Part shown: piece after piece, positions 48,940 to 58,598 of the stretch
Position numbering within the stretch: position 1 is the stretch's first letter
How the letters are laid out: the number at the start of each line of letters is the position of its first letter
IMG/VR virus record: IMGVR_UViG_3300037322_000296
Coordinates: 3,085-67,084 of that record
Length of the DNA stretch: 64,000 bases
Strand: one strand, 5' to 3'
Origin: a virus
Position numbers and translations under genes: made by a program
The notes under the pieces: model-generated
What the model saw: only the letters and a program-made list of their open reading frames with translations
What the model was told of the DNA's origin: nothing
Databases searched by the model: none

Positions 48940-48954
48940 AATTTTTATTTTTTA

Positions 48955-49272
48955 TTAGTCCATTCCTAACCTTTTTTTGATAGTCGATATTTCATCTGCT
49001 AAATATTTCACACGCCCTGATATTAAAGATTTCATTCTGCTTTTTGGGATGTAACAACTTTCTGCAATTTGATCTTGATCCATTCCAAGAAAATTCAATT
49101 CATCTATGATTCTAAGGTTGAATTCTGCGGAATTAAATCCTATTGAACTTTCAATTATTAAAAACCTTTCTTGAGGTAATTCCTTATTCATTTTTGATTC
49201 AAATATTAAGTCAGTATCTATTATTACAGATTCAAATATTAAGTCTTCCTTTTTTGGTTTTTTAAGCTTCAT
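48955..49272 (-). CDS. HTH-containing protein
   Basis: GMDQDQIAESCYIPKSRMKSLISG. Confidence 0.65.
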   Translation of the reverse strand: MKLKKPKKEDLIFESVIIDTDLIFESKMNKELPQERFLIIESSIGFNSAEFNLRIIDELNFLGMDQDQIAESCYIPKSRMKSLISGRVKYLADEISTIKKRLGMD

Positions 49273-49438
49273 ATTCCTCTATTTTTTTAACTATTTTGTA
49301 AGCCGAAAGAGTAATTAAAAAGCATCCTAAACCCATTGTGAAAATTACATATATGTTTACAAAAAAGCATTCAGAAATCAGTAGCGATCCTGTAAATAAC
49401 ATAATTCCTGCGATTAAAATTATTAAATTTCTTACCAT
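49262..49438 (-). CDS. 58-aa two-TM membrane peptide (not in ORF track)
   Basis: MVRNLIILIAGIMLFTGSLLI...IYVIFTMGLGCFLITLSAY; overlaps both neighbours. Confidence 0.55.
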   Translation of the reverse strand: MVRNLIILIAGIMLFTGSLLISECFFVNIYVIFTMGLGCFLITLSAYKIVKKIEEYEA

Positions 49439-49926
49439 TTTTTATATTTATCAAAAATCCATATTACTCCTACATAATTACTAAAATTCCAATTATTCCC
49501 ACCATATAAATAATCCAGGTCCGTTCGTGCTGACAAATTTGTTGTTGCTGAAATTCCTAAATTATCATTTATCATGTAAATACATTCGATATTTGCGCCT
49601 ATTGTCCACGTGTTTAGTTTATATCTTTCAATCCATCCGGCTTCAAGAGAAGGTATTAATAACAAGGATTCAGTTACCGGAATTCTTTGTCCTAAATCTA
49701 CGCAATATTTGTTAAAATCAATTGCTTTAAAGTTTTCGTAAATAAGTCCAACTTTGAAACCTTTATTACCTAAAACTCCCATTTTGAATAGTAAATCTAT
49801 TTCGGGTTTGTTTTCCGTACCTGCTGATCCAACGATTGCGTTTTTTCCATCTAATTGTAAAGATACGTAAGGCTGGGCGTTTAAAAATTGAGTTGCTAAA
49901 ATAGCTAATAAGATTAATTTTTTCAT
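49432..49926 (-). CDS. secreted outer-membrane beta-barrel-like protein
   Basis: Signal peptide MKKLILLAILATQFLNA|Q, alternating hydrophobic strands, C-terminal YVGVIWIF. Confidence 0.7.
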   Translation of the reverse strand: MKKLILLAILATQFLNAQPYVSLQLDGKNAIVGSAGTENKPEIDLLFKMGVLGNKGFKVGLIYENFKAIDFNKYCVDLGQRIPVTESLLLIPSLEAGWIERYKLNTWTIGANIECIYMINDNLGISATTNLSARTDLDYLYGGNNWNFSNYVGVIWIFDKYKKW

Positions 49927-50078
49927 GGTTTCTAGTTTTTAATTGTAGTTTTTATTTTTGTATTTTGTCCAAAATTTTAATAGTTTATTATTCAAGTCAA
50001 TTATTTTTTCTGAACTTGCTTTTTGCGATATTTTTTTTATTTCATTCACATAAAAATCTATTCTTTTGTTTACAGATT

Positions 50079-50354
50079 CTAGTTTTTACGTGTGAAAGTT
50101 ATCTTTTGAACTTCTTGTATGTTATGCAAATAATCGTTTGTAATTCGCTCTAATTTCGCTCTAAATTTATAGTTAAAACTTAGTTTGTTTTCTTTCAATC
50201 CTTGCAATTCATTCGGATCTAATTTTTGCTTAACTAACTTCATTTTTACGAACGAATCAAAAAGGTTTTTTTTAGGTGCGCTGCATTCGTTTATCGGCTT
50301 GTCGTTTATGGTCCAATAACCATTTTTTACTTTTATGTTAATTTCGTTTTGCAT
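50079..50354 (-). CDS. hypothetical early protein
   Basis: 91-aa ORF in co-oriented cluster. Confidence 0.6.
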   Translation of the reverse strand: MQNEINIKVKNGYWTINDKPINECSAPKKNLFDSFVKMKLVKQKLDPNELQGLKENKLSFNYKFRAKLERITNDYLHNIQEVQKITFTRKN

Positions 50355-50359
50355 GATTT

Positions 50360-50689
50360 CTAATTTTTTATTTGTTGTTTTAAATTTTCTATTTGATTCT
50401 CTATTATTTGTAAAAACAAAACTCTTTTTTGCTTTGTTGTTTCAATGATTTTTTGATTCTCGGATAATTGATCCAATTTAATAAGTTGTTCGTTTATTTC
50501 AAGCGAAATAGATTCTACATAACATTGCAGTTCTTGGTTTCTTTCAATTTTCACTTCGTAAACAATAACGCTTCCGAATATTTCCGAACGCTTAAAAAAC
50601 AAAGCTGCTTTTTTTTGAAAATTGTGAGTTCCTCGTTCCTGGATATTTTTATATAAAAAGCAAGTAACTTTTGTTTTTTTGCGGTCCAT
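50360..50689 (-). CDS. hypothetical early protein
   Basis: 109-aa ORF in co-oriented cluster. Confidence 0.6.
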   Translation of the reverse strand: MDRKKTKVTCFLYKNIQERGTHNFQKKAALFFKRSEIFGSVIVYEVKIERNQELQCYVESISLEINEQLIKLDQLSENQKIIETTKQKRVLFLQIIENQIENLKQQIKN

Positions 50690-50706
50690 GATGTTAGTTT
50701 TTTTAA

Positions 50707-51051
50707 TTAATCCTCTGTTATTACTTCAATCAATCTTTCTCTATTTTCATCTAAAATAGCCAAACAAACGTTTTTTATCCAATTGTCATAATTTCTAGTT
50801 CCTTCCTCTAAATCTTGGTAAGCGTCAAAACTTTGCGAATTGTGTGTAAAAGTTTTAATAATTACTTTTGTTTTATTGATTTCAATTCTCAAAACAAAAT
50901 AATATGATCCATAGCCTGAAGCTCTTTCCATGCCGCAAGAATCTAAATAAATCTCGTTTGTTCCTTCAGGTAGTAATTTTAAAATATTATTCTCAAATCT
51001 TTTTGTATTTTTCATTCTTAATCCGTTTAAATAATCTATTGATTTTTTCAT
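50707..51051 (-). CDS. hypothetical early protein
   Basis: 114-aa ORF. Confidence 0.65.
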   Translation of the reverse strand: MKKSIDYLNGLRMKNTKRFENNILKLLPEGTNEIYLDSCGMERASGYGSYYFVLRIEINKTKVIIKTFTHNSQSFDAYQDLEEGTRNYDNWIKNVCLAILDENRERLIEVITED

Positions 51052-51189
51052 GATATTATTTTTTAAGTTTGTTAATTTCTTTTTTGTAATTTTCTATTAT
51101 GTGGTCCGGTATATGATCCACCTGAAGCCATTTTTTGTATTTTTCAAATAACTTTTGTTCGTGTTTTGTTTTCTTTACTATCATGGTTT

Positions 51190-51792
51190 TTAGTTTGTTA
51201 ATTGTTCCATATTTTTTACTGACAAATAAGGCGGCTCTATCATGCCGTCGTTATAAGCATAATTAATAATATCAAAGTTTTCATTCTTGCAAATAAAATC
51301 TAGTATTGCATATATTTCGATGTGGTCCAAGTTTTTAAAAGAATTCATTTTTTCAAGCCAAAAGTTTAAATCATATTCGTAAAAACTACTAAAACCATCG
51401 TAACTTTTAAAATTATTTCTTAAATAGGATTCAAAACTTTCTAAATTTTCATTAATGTATTTTTTACAATTTTTTATGTTAATGTCAATGCTGCATTCTA
51501 TAACATCATTCTCAAAATTGTAATATTTTGGGCTATGTAGTTTAATAAATTTTATACTTTTTATTATTCCCAAATCTTGCAAAAATACTTCAACTGAATT
51601 GGTTAAAATAACATTCCATTCATTAAAATATTGATCATAATCATAATCAAAATCATTATCATTTTCTAACTCTTCAAAACCTTTTTCAAGTCTTAATTCG
51701 TTAATATAATCTAGTTCGCCTGAAGTATCTGGATCGCTTATTATTGATCCGTAATATCCTGTAAATGCTGGTAAATTTGAATTTGTTTTCAT
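51190..51792 (-). CDS. hypothetical acidic early protein
   Basis: 200 aa, FTGYYGS...LHSPKYYNFEND...SYDGFSSF. Confidence 0.7.
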   Translation of the reverse strand: MKTNSNLPAFTGYYGSIISDPDTSGELDYINELRLEKGFEELENDNDFDYDYDQYFNEWNVILTNSVEVFLQDLGIIKSIKFIKLHSPKYYNFENDVIECSIDINIKNCKKYINENLESFESYLRNNFKSYDGFSSFYEYDLNFWLEKMNSFKNLDHIEIYAILDFICKNENFDIINYAYNDGMIEPPYLSVKNMEQLTN

Positions 51793-51811
51793 GATGTTAA
51801 TTTTTAAAGTT

Positions 51812-52390
51812 TTAAAATATATTTCCTGCTGCTGTAAATTCGTAATTGTTTGCCATTATGTTTTCGATTATGTTTTCGTCGCTATATTGATACTCAATTT
51901 CTTTATATCCTGTATTTTCTAAATCTTTGCATAAATTAGTATATAAATCCTCGAGCATCTCGCAAACTTTGTTTATTGCTGCATCAATATTTTTTGAACT
52001 TCTTGCATAATAATTATCAAGATAAAAATCTAAATCGCTTTTTGCAGCATAACAATAATGCCCTGTATTTCCTTTTAATTCAAACGAACAATTGTTTATA
52101 ATGCAGTCTATAGTTTTTTGCTTTCCATGTCCTAAAACTTTTGTAAACAATTCATTTAATTTGTCGTAATAATCACAAGAAAAACTTAATCCGTCGCCTT
52201 GACAATACGACAAAGAATATTGCATTTTAATATTTCCTTTAAATCCTGCATTTTCAATTTGTTCTTTTGCATCTTCTTTAAAAAAATCTAAAAATATTTC
52301 TTGATCTTTTTTGTACCATTCAACTGCGTTTTCTTTTGCGTTTTCGTTTAATTCGTTAAACTGAAAAACTTTGGTTCTTATTGTTCTCAT
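51812..52390 (-). CDS. conserved-type phage early protein
   Basis: MRTIRTKVFQFNEL...SYCQGDG...NYEFTAAG. Confidence 0.75.
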   Translation of the reverse strand: MRTIRTKVFQFNELNENAKENAVEWYKKDQEIFLDFFKEDAKEQIENAGFKGNIKMQYSLSYCQGDGLSFSCDYYDKLNELFTKVLGHGKQKTIDCIINNCSFELKGNTGHYCYAAKSDLDFYLDNYYARSSKNIDAAINKVCEMLEDLYTNLCKDLENTGYKEIEYQYSDENIIENIMANNYEFTAAGNIF

Positions 52391-52587
52391 AATTTGCCCG
52401 TCTTTTTAAAGTGAAGCGGCTAACACAATTTGAAGTTTTAAATATTTATAGTTTGCTAATTAAAGCGGTTGATCCTTTGCCGGTATCGATCCGGTTAACG
52501 TCTAAACGTTCAAAGGTTTTTAATTTAATTTAAATATTTATTGTAATTCGTTTCTTTTGGCTGCTTGCTGTTTAAAGGTCATGGCTT

Positions 52588-52857
52588 TTATTTTTTAAAA
52601 TAATAATGACTTTCAAAATAAATACTTGCTTCAGTTTCCCAATTTGCAAACCTTAAAAAGTCCGCTTTTGATACTCTTATAAAGTTATTTTTTACTGGGT
52701 TAAATTCCTTTATATAATCTATTCCGGTTTTGTCGTATGTTTTTAAAATGTTCATTAAGTCCGTCGCCGAACTAAAAATAAATTTGTTATCTGTAGTTTT
52801 ATATAAAAAACTAACTAAAAAAATTCTTGTATCTGTGTTTAAAATTGTGTTTTTCAT
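52588..52857 (-). CDS. hypothetical early protein
   Basis: 89-aa ORF. Confidence 0.6.
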   Translation of the reverse strand: MKNTILNTDTRIFLVSFLYKTTDNKFIFSSATDLMNILKTYDKTGIDYIKEFNPVKNNFIRVSKADFLRFANWETEASIYFESHYYFKK

Positions 52858-52861
52858 TATA

Positions 52862-53104
52862 TTATTTTTTAAGATTAATTATTAAATTTAATTTTTCGCG
52901 CATTGTGGTAAAATTTACTCGGGATTCACACCCATTACCGCCAAAAGCTCCAAAGCTTGCACCGGTTTCCTTTTTTATAGTTACTAATCTATAACCACCG
53001 TACACAGATGAGTGTTCCATAAAATAACGCATTCCAATTGGTGCGGGTGTAATCGATTGAATTTCATCTAATAATTCGTTTAAAATTTGTTTTCTTGTTG
53101 CCAT
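52862..53104 (-). CDS. hypothetical early protein
   Basis: 80-aa ORF, YGGYRL motif. Confidence 0.65.
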   Translation of the reverse strand: MATRKQILNELLDEIQSITPAPIGMRYFMEHSSVYGGYRLVTIKKETGASFGAFGGNGCESRVNFTTMREKLNLIINLKK

Positions 53105-53115
53105 AATGTTTTGTA

Positions 53116-53310
53116 TTAAATTGTTATTTCGTTTTCGTTAATTAATTCTTTAAAAATTCTTATTGCTTCCGTTAAACTGAAATGTGAGTCAATTTCTATC
53201 ATCCCATTTTCTAAAATACTAAATCTGTTTTGATCCTCGAATTCGGGCGTTAAATAACCGCTATAGGCTACTAGTTCAAAAATTCCGTTTACTTTACAAA
53301 GTGCCTTCAT
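53116..53310 (-). CDS. hypothetical early protein
   Basis: 64-aa ORF. Confidence 0.55.
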   Translation of the reverse strand: MKALCKVNGIFELVAYSGYLTPEFEDQNRFSILENGMIEIDSHFSLTEAIRIFKELINENEITI

Positions 53311-53498
53311 AATAAATAGTATTAATAGTTTATATAAATCGCTTGAAATTCTGTATTATTTAAGCAGTTTAAAACTGTTTCTTTGTAAATTGATTGATTA
53401 GGATAGCAATAATTTAACGCTTGAATAGTTCGCTTAATTCGTGTGAAATTTGTCATAATAAATAGTATTAAATTAATATTGTTTGTTGTTATCTTTAG

Positions 53499-53506
53499 CA
53501 AACATA
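53499..53506 (-). promoter_or_regulatory. -7 promoter element (TATGTTTG) for the early leftward cluster
   Basis: Reverse complement of caaacata at the head of the minus-strand gene block. Confidence 0.55.
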
Positions 53507-54564
53507 CGAACGTAATTTGATTAAATTATATAAAATCGTATAAATCCGATTAACTGTATGGTTTAATCGATGAAATGCATTAATGTTGTTGTATTTTCCT
53601 ACAATTATATATAAAATTAGGTAATAAATTTACTGGAACTAAAAAAAATATAGTTTGGAATATGGTTAATTTGCTAATGAAAAAAGAAGTAAGAAGCAAG
53701 AAAAACAACAATAACAAAACAGGAAACAACCAAAAAAAAACAGATCTTACATATATTTACATATATTCGATTTAAGCGATCTAAACATTATAAACGTTGT
53801 TTGCACTACATAAACTTATATTATACTTACATCGCCTTAATTATCGCATTATTAAACCTATTATTTGAAATTTGCCCAATTTGCTAATGAAAGAAGGAGG
53901 AAAGCAAGAGAAGAACAACACAACAACCATAAAACAAACTATAAATGTAACTTTCTAAAAAAAAATAGAGTTGATCTTATATCTAATTTAAACGTTTGTA
54001 ACCGTTTGTTGTCGGTTAATTTGTGGGGTATTGTGCATCCCTTTACACGTGCAAGAGTAACGAAATCAATACTTTACAGATGTTATTGTAGTACTTGGAT
54101 CACTACATTAATACAAGTCAATACTACAATTATCGGACTAATCGACAAAGAAAATATATAATGTACTGAAGTATAGGTAGTTATATTTATAAAACACAAT
54201 CGTAGTAAGATTATATTTTTGTAATTCAGTTACTAAAATAGTTCACAAATCGAGTCTAGTTTGTACGTAATGCGTTGTAAATCAAGTACATAAAGCTAAA
54301 AGTATTTGAAATTGAAAACTCAAAAAATGTAACGGGTGGATCAAAAAAAGCGTTTCGGAAACAGGATTTTTGCCTGGGATATGGGGGTATTATCCACACT
54401 TCCCACACACCCACACCAATTTACAAGAACCTTCATAAAACCCTTTAAAACGTTAGCTTTATTGAATTAATAAAAAAATTAACATAAATAGTAGTCTTAG
54501 TGTAATGAATGTACATTACATTTGCATCGTACAGAAGTTACACGTACGTTACATGAGGTATTAT

Positions 54565-55104
54565 ATGGGAAAGAGAAAGGTTACGCTTATTTATGGTGAG
54601 AAGACGGTTCAGGTTAACTTTAGAATACCTGAGAGCAAGCGGGATATTATTGAGAAGGAGATATATGGTTTACTTGAGAAGTATCAGAATGTTCAGAGAG
54701 TTGAGATAGATGTGAAGAATCAGTCATCTGTGATTGCTGGATGGGATAGTAAGTTAGTTCGGAATATGAGTAAAAAAATCGAACCACAAGTGGTTGTAGA
54801 TATTGCTGCGAGGGTTTCGGAGAAAAAGGTAGTTGATATGGATGCATTGAGAGCTATTGCAAGTGGTATTAATTTGAGTGATAGTTTTGTTAAGAAGAAG
54901 GTTAATATTGACGAGGTGTATGATTTTGAGATATGCAAGGGTATTCCTGTTGGCGATGATGCTATTTATTTGGATAAGCAAGGATTGGCTTGTTACAATC
55001 GTTATGATTTGGGAATTTATTATGTTAAGTGGGAGAATAGGTATTTGAAGTTTTTGGACAAGAAGGAGTTTGACAGATTTAGTAAGGAATATTTAAAATT
55101 TTAG
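54565..55104 (+). CDS. hypothetical protein with N-terminal ribbon-helix-helix-like motif
   Basis: Probable start MGKRK after -7 TACATTTG (54517-54524); KTVQVNFRIPESKRDII. Confidence 0.6.
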   Translation: MGKRKVTLIYGEKTVQVNFRIPESKRDIIEKEIYGLLEKYQNVQRVEIDVKNQSSVIAGWDSKLVRNMSKKIEPQVVVDIAARVSEKKVVDMDALRAIASGINLSDSFVKKKVNIDEVYDFEICKGIPVGDDAIYLDKQGLACYNRYDLGIYYVKWENRYLKFLDKKEFDRFSKEYLKF

Positions 55105-55108
55105 AGTT

Positions 55109-55345
55109 ATGAAAGCAAAAGAAAAAGCAAAGGAGTTGTTTGATAAATTTAGACCGCTTGCGTATCACGATGAAAGAGAAATAAGTTCATATCAATTAAT
55201 GCAAGAAATGCACAACGCAAAGCAATGCGCGTTAATTTTAGTTGATGAGATATTAGAAAACAACGAAATTATTTTACATCCAGACGAATGTTATTTATAT
55301 TCTTTACATTGGAAAGAAGTTAAACAAGAAATAACCAAACTATGA
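55109..55345 (+). CDS. hypothetical phage protein
   Basis: KEKAKEL...AKQCALILVDEIL...WKEVKQEI. Confidence 0.75.
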   Translation: MKAKEKAKELFDKFRPLAYHDEREISSYQLMQEMHNAKQCALILVDEILENNEIILHPDECYLYSLHWKEVKQEITKL

Positions 55346-55830
55346 AATACTTTAAAGTAAACAGAAAGAAAGAGAAGAAGGACATCGAGAAATTGATTAA
55401 ACTGCTAAAACCGATTATAACAAAAGATACTGTTATTGTGAATTGTAGTCCAGATTACTCGTCTATTATTTCTCAGCAAGTGATTCACGCATATTTTGAC
55501 AATCCTTTAACGATGATTAATTTTGAGATGCCGTTTCCTAATACTCCATTTGAATTAAAATATCCTGAATATTGCCGAAGATTTACTTTAAATTTATTAA
55601 GAAACAAGCATCATGTTTTTATTGATAGTGGCGTACTTAGAGGTAGAAACTTTAAAACGCTATATGATACTCTAGTAGATTTTAGCTATACAAACTTTAC
55701 ATTTGCTTCGCTATATGTTCAAGATGATGCGATATTTACTCCTGAGTATTACGTAGAAGAATTTAATAGAAAAGACGAAGGAATGTTACTGTTCTGGTGG
55801 GAAAATAAAAAATGTAATTTATTCGATTAA
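55342..55830 (+). CDS. phosphoribosyltransferase-like protein
   Basis: HVFIDSGVLRGRNF resembles PRPP-binding loop; FASLY; C-terminal LFWWE. Confidence 0.55.
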   Translation: MKYFKVNRKKEKKDIEKLIKLLKPIITKDTVIVNCSPDYSSIISQQVIHAYFDNPLTMINFEMPFPNTPFELKYPEYCRRFTLNLLRNKHHVFIDSGVLRGRNFKTLYDTLVDFSYTNFTFASLYVQDDAIFTPEYYVEEFNRKDEGMLLFWWENKKCNLFD

Positions 55831-55832
55831 TT

Positions 55833-56165
55833 ATGAAAACAATAATAATTGACCAAAGACTTCATTTTGAAGCTCAAGTAAAATATACCTTAGCAAAAAT
55901 AGAAAGTTTGCTAATAACAAAAGGCAGAGAATACCAAAGAAACAACGATGTATTTCACAACTTCAATCAAGGAAGTAATAAAACAGGAAAAACTCCCGAA
56001 GAAGTACTAAAAGGATTTTTATTAAAGCACGAGATTAGCGTGGAAGATATGATCCAAGATATTTCAACAGGCAAGTTGCCTAAATTAGAAACCGTTGAAG
56101 AAAAATTAAACGACATACTAGTTTATAATATTATTCTGAAATGTATGATAATTAGTAGATTGTAA
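55833..56165 (+). CDS. all-alpha nucleotide-metabolism-associated protein (putative)
   Basis: LITKGREY...DVFHNF...LLKH...EKLNDILVY. Confidence 0.5.
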   Translation: MKTIIIDQRLHFEAQVKYTLAKIESLLITKGREYQRNNDVFHNFNQGSNKTGKTPEEVLKGFLLKHEISVEDMIQDISTGKLPKLETVEEKLNDILVYNIILKCMIISRL

Positions 56166-56437
56166 TGATAACAAAAAAACTATTTGTTGAGGTTATTGAG
56201 AGTATGCGAGTTCAATACATACAAGACGTAATAAATAAGGATTTGCTCATTGATTTAGAACAAAAAGAAGCGTATTTTATTTATGACAACGCAATTTTGT
56301 ACAATCAAATTATTAATTTGTTATCTTTATGGTTCGATAGAAATGATTTAACACATTTCTGCTTTGTTTGCGATTTTGGTAAATTAGATGATACATCAAT
56401 AGAGGATTTTTACGAACAATTAAATAAAAAAATATGA
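56165..56437 (+). CDS. hypothetical protein
   Basis: 90 aa, TAATG coupling. Confidence 0.65.
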   Translation: MITKKLFVEVIESMRVQYIQDVINKDLLIDLEQKEAYFIYDNAILYNQIINLLSLWFDRNDLTHFCFVCDFGKLDDTSIEDFYEQLNKKI

Positions 56438-56688
56438 TTTCAGGATTAAAATTAAACTGTTCTTATGTTTCAGAAGAAATGATGAACGAATCTGAGTTAA
56501 TTGGCAAGGAAATTACTCAAAACGATATTCTAAAAAAACCAATTACGTTTTATATCATATCACACGTAATTCCTATTGATAAATCTAGCTGTACAGTTGT
56601 TTCAGACGGTTGTGAGTATATGGTTAGCGAATCTGCCGATAAGGTAAACGTATTAATTGCTGAAAGAATGTCCTTCAAATTAAACTAA
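56434..56688 (+). CDS. hypothetical protein
   Basis: 84 aa, ATGA coupling. Confidence 0.65.
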   Translation: MISGLKLNCSYVSEEMMNESELIGKEITQNDILKKPITFYIISHVIPIDKSSCTVVSDGCEYMVSESADKVNVLIAERMSFKLN

Positions 56689-56689
56689 A

Positions 56690-57487
56690 ATGGCAGAAGA
56701 AAAAAAAGACGGAAGATCAAATAACGGAAAAAGATTAGGTTCTAAAAACAAATTACAAGGCGAAATTGCACCTAAAAAAGACAGGTTTGGTAGCGTTTTA
56801 GCTAAGACTTCTAACTATCAATCACAAACTTTAGAGTTGTTTTTAAAAAGAAGACAAGGCGAAAGCTTTGAGCAATGGAATAAGCGAACGGAAAGTAGAA
56901 GAATTCATGGTGTAAATAAAAAAACGCATCTAAAAATTGCTCAAAAAGGCAAGGTGGTAGTAAAACCACAAGTTTTAAAGGGAATGAAAAGAGAACTTCA
57001 ATTAACTGTTGTAAATCGTTTTATTGAAAGACCTTACGACTACCTGGAAAACTACGCTTTTGTAATGCGATGGGCAAGCGTTCGATATGGCATTAGCAAA
57101 GACGATATTGAGATAGCATTTTTCTTCTACAACAAAGGAATGTTTACTAAAGATGAATTTAATCGTGTGTGCGTACAATTAGGTACTGTTCGTGGCGTTT
57201 GGTCAAGATTTGTTAAAAAGCCATACATTACTAAATCAATTTTGGTAATGGAAGATAAGATGGTAAGAGAATTTGAATATTATCAGTTAACTTCTGAGTT
57301 TTTAAGACTTTTAAATGCGATTTATGGTGCTTTATCTAAAGTAAATAAACTAACTTTGACGGCTCGAACAAGTGCCGATTATAAAAGAGTTGTCGTTTCT
57401 CCTGAATTGAATGAATTTTTAACTCAGCTAAATAGAGAAGTAGATGAAGTTAATTTAGGAATAGAAAAGCCAATATCCAAGAAATAA
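56690..57487 (+). CDS. hypothetical basic protein, possibly DNA-binding
   Basis: 265 aa, K/R-rich N-terminus. Confidence 0.65.
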   Translation: MAEEKKDGRSNNGKRLGSKNKLQGEIAPKKDRFGSVLAKTSNYQSQTLELFLKRRQGESFEQWNKRTESRRIHGVNKKTHLKIAQKGKVVVKPQVLKGMKRELQLTVVNRFIERPYDYLENYAFVMRWASVRYGISKDDIEIAFFFYNKGMFTKDEFNRVCVQLGTVRGVWSRFVKKPYITKSILVMEDKMVREFEYYQLTSEFLRLLNAIYGALSKVNKLTLTARTSADYKRVVVSPELNEFLTQLNREVDEVNLGIEKPISKK

Positions 57488-57537
57488 GCGGAATCCGAAA
57501 AGCTAAACAGAGTAGGAAAAATTAAAATTAAATTAAA

Positions 57538-57786
57538 ATGACTAAATCAGATGTAATTAAATTAGTAGCAGAGAAAACTTCTTTGACTAGGCTACAAGTA
57601 AAGGAAGTTATTAATGCAACTTTACAAATTATCAAAGAAGGAACGATGTCAGAAGGAAAAGTTCAATTAGCCGAGTTTGGAGTTTTCAAGAAGCACAATA
57701 GTCCTGCAAGAAAAGGTCGTAATCCGCAAAGTGGAGCAGAAATTGATATTGCAGCCAAGACTACTATGAAATTTAAGGCTTCATAA
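57538..57786 (+). CDS. HU/IHF-family DNA-binding protein
   Basis: MTKSDVI...VQLAEFGVF...ARKGRNPQSG...KFKAS. Confidence 0.93.
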   Translation: MTKSDVIKLVAEKTSLTRLQVKEVINATLQIIKEGTMSEGKVQLAEFGVFKKHNSPARKGRNPQSGAEIDIAAKTTMKFKAS

Positions 57787-57805
57787 ATACAACAACAATG
57801 CAACT

Positions 57806-57836
57806 AAAAAAGCCAACACTAATAATGTTGGCTTTT
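57806..57836. terminator. bidirectional terminator
   Basis: aaaagccaaca-ctaataa-tgttggctttt between convergent genes. Confidence 0.8.
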
Positions 57837-57839
57837 ATT

Positions 57840-58004
57840 TTATTTCTTGTTTTTAATTTTCTTGTCTTGCTTCAGCATCGCTTTTGTTGGTTGCTTTGGT
57901 TTTGCACCGGTTTCTTTATTCTTTTTAGCAGCATCTCTAATATTGTCGTACAATCCTCTTGGAGATGAAGAACCATCTGCTCTTTTAATCATTTGTTTTG
58001 CCAT
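57840..58004 (-). CDS. 54-aa basic peptide (not in ORF track)
   Basis: MAKQMIKRADGSSSPRGLYDNIRDAAKK...KIKNKK*, ends at terminator. Confidence 0.65.
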   Translation of the reverse strand: MAKQMIKRADGSSSPRGLYDNIRDAAKKNKETGAKPKQPTKAMLKQDKKIKNKK

Positions 58005-58021
58005 TTTGTTTTTATTAATTA

Positions 58022-58474
58022 TTAATCAGTTGTTTTTGTATATTCTAAAATACGATATTGTCCTACAAATATAGTCGGAAACTCTGTTTCTGTATCCGTT
58101 GGAAAAGGATCACTATCTAACTTAACCAATCTGTAAATTGGCTTACCATCAATCCAAGTACCACTTGTTTTCACTTCGGTTAGTGAGTAACTTTCAATTT
58201 GGGGCGTCGCTCCACCCAAATTAAAATTTACAACAAGAAGTAATAATTTTTCGTATGCATCTTCTATATCTACGGGTAATATTGAATCAATTGTACCGAT
58301 CTGATTGAAATACATTGCGGTTTTATACACGCCACTTTCGTTCATTATGATTTTATCAACCGATAACTCAAAACTTGGTTGTTTGAAAGATTCCAAGCGA
58401 GGACTTTGACCTACTTCTACATCAAGCTCTTTTATAAAAGAACTTCCAACTATTCTAAAATTGTATTTTCCCAT
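58022..58474 (-). CDS. hypothetical, possibly minor structural protein
   Basis: C-terminal YSLTEVKTSGTWIDGKPIYR...LEYTKTTD resembles tail-associated modules; -7 motif at 58504-58511. Confidence 0.55.
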   Translation of the reverse strand: MGKYNFRIVGSSFIKELDVEVGQSPRLESFKQPSFELSVDKIIMNESGVYKTAMYFNQIGTIDSILPVDIEDAYEKLLLLVVNFNLGGATPQIESYSLTEVKTSGTWIDGKPIYRLVKLDSDPFPTDTETEFPTIFVGQYRILEYTKTTD

Positions 58475-58598
58475 TTTATTTTTTTTAAGTCGTTAACTAT
58501 CAGCAAAAATAAGAAATATAATCCATAGTGTTTTATTATTTGTTTGTGAATTTTTAATATCCTAAATTTGTGAATTAAATTTAATCTAAAACTAAATT

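Noticed and set aside
27343-50656. Plus-strand ORFs overlapping minus-strand genes (e.g. 27343-27678, 29471-29821, 38446-38820)
   Set aside because: Antisense shadows of well-supported genes
53865-54161. 98-aa TTG-start ORF in the divergence region
   Set aside because: Overlaps a repeat tract, has no recognisable features; likely non-coding
48300-54400. Apparent higher GATC density in the early region than in structural genes
   Set aside because: Only eyeballed; density is near random expectation for this composition and needs a proper count
57847-58074. 75-aa hydrophobic + strand ORF resembling a holin
   Set aside because: It is the antisense of the K-rich minus-strand peptide 57840-58004 and lies after a terminator
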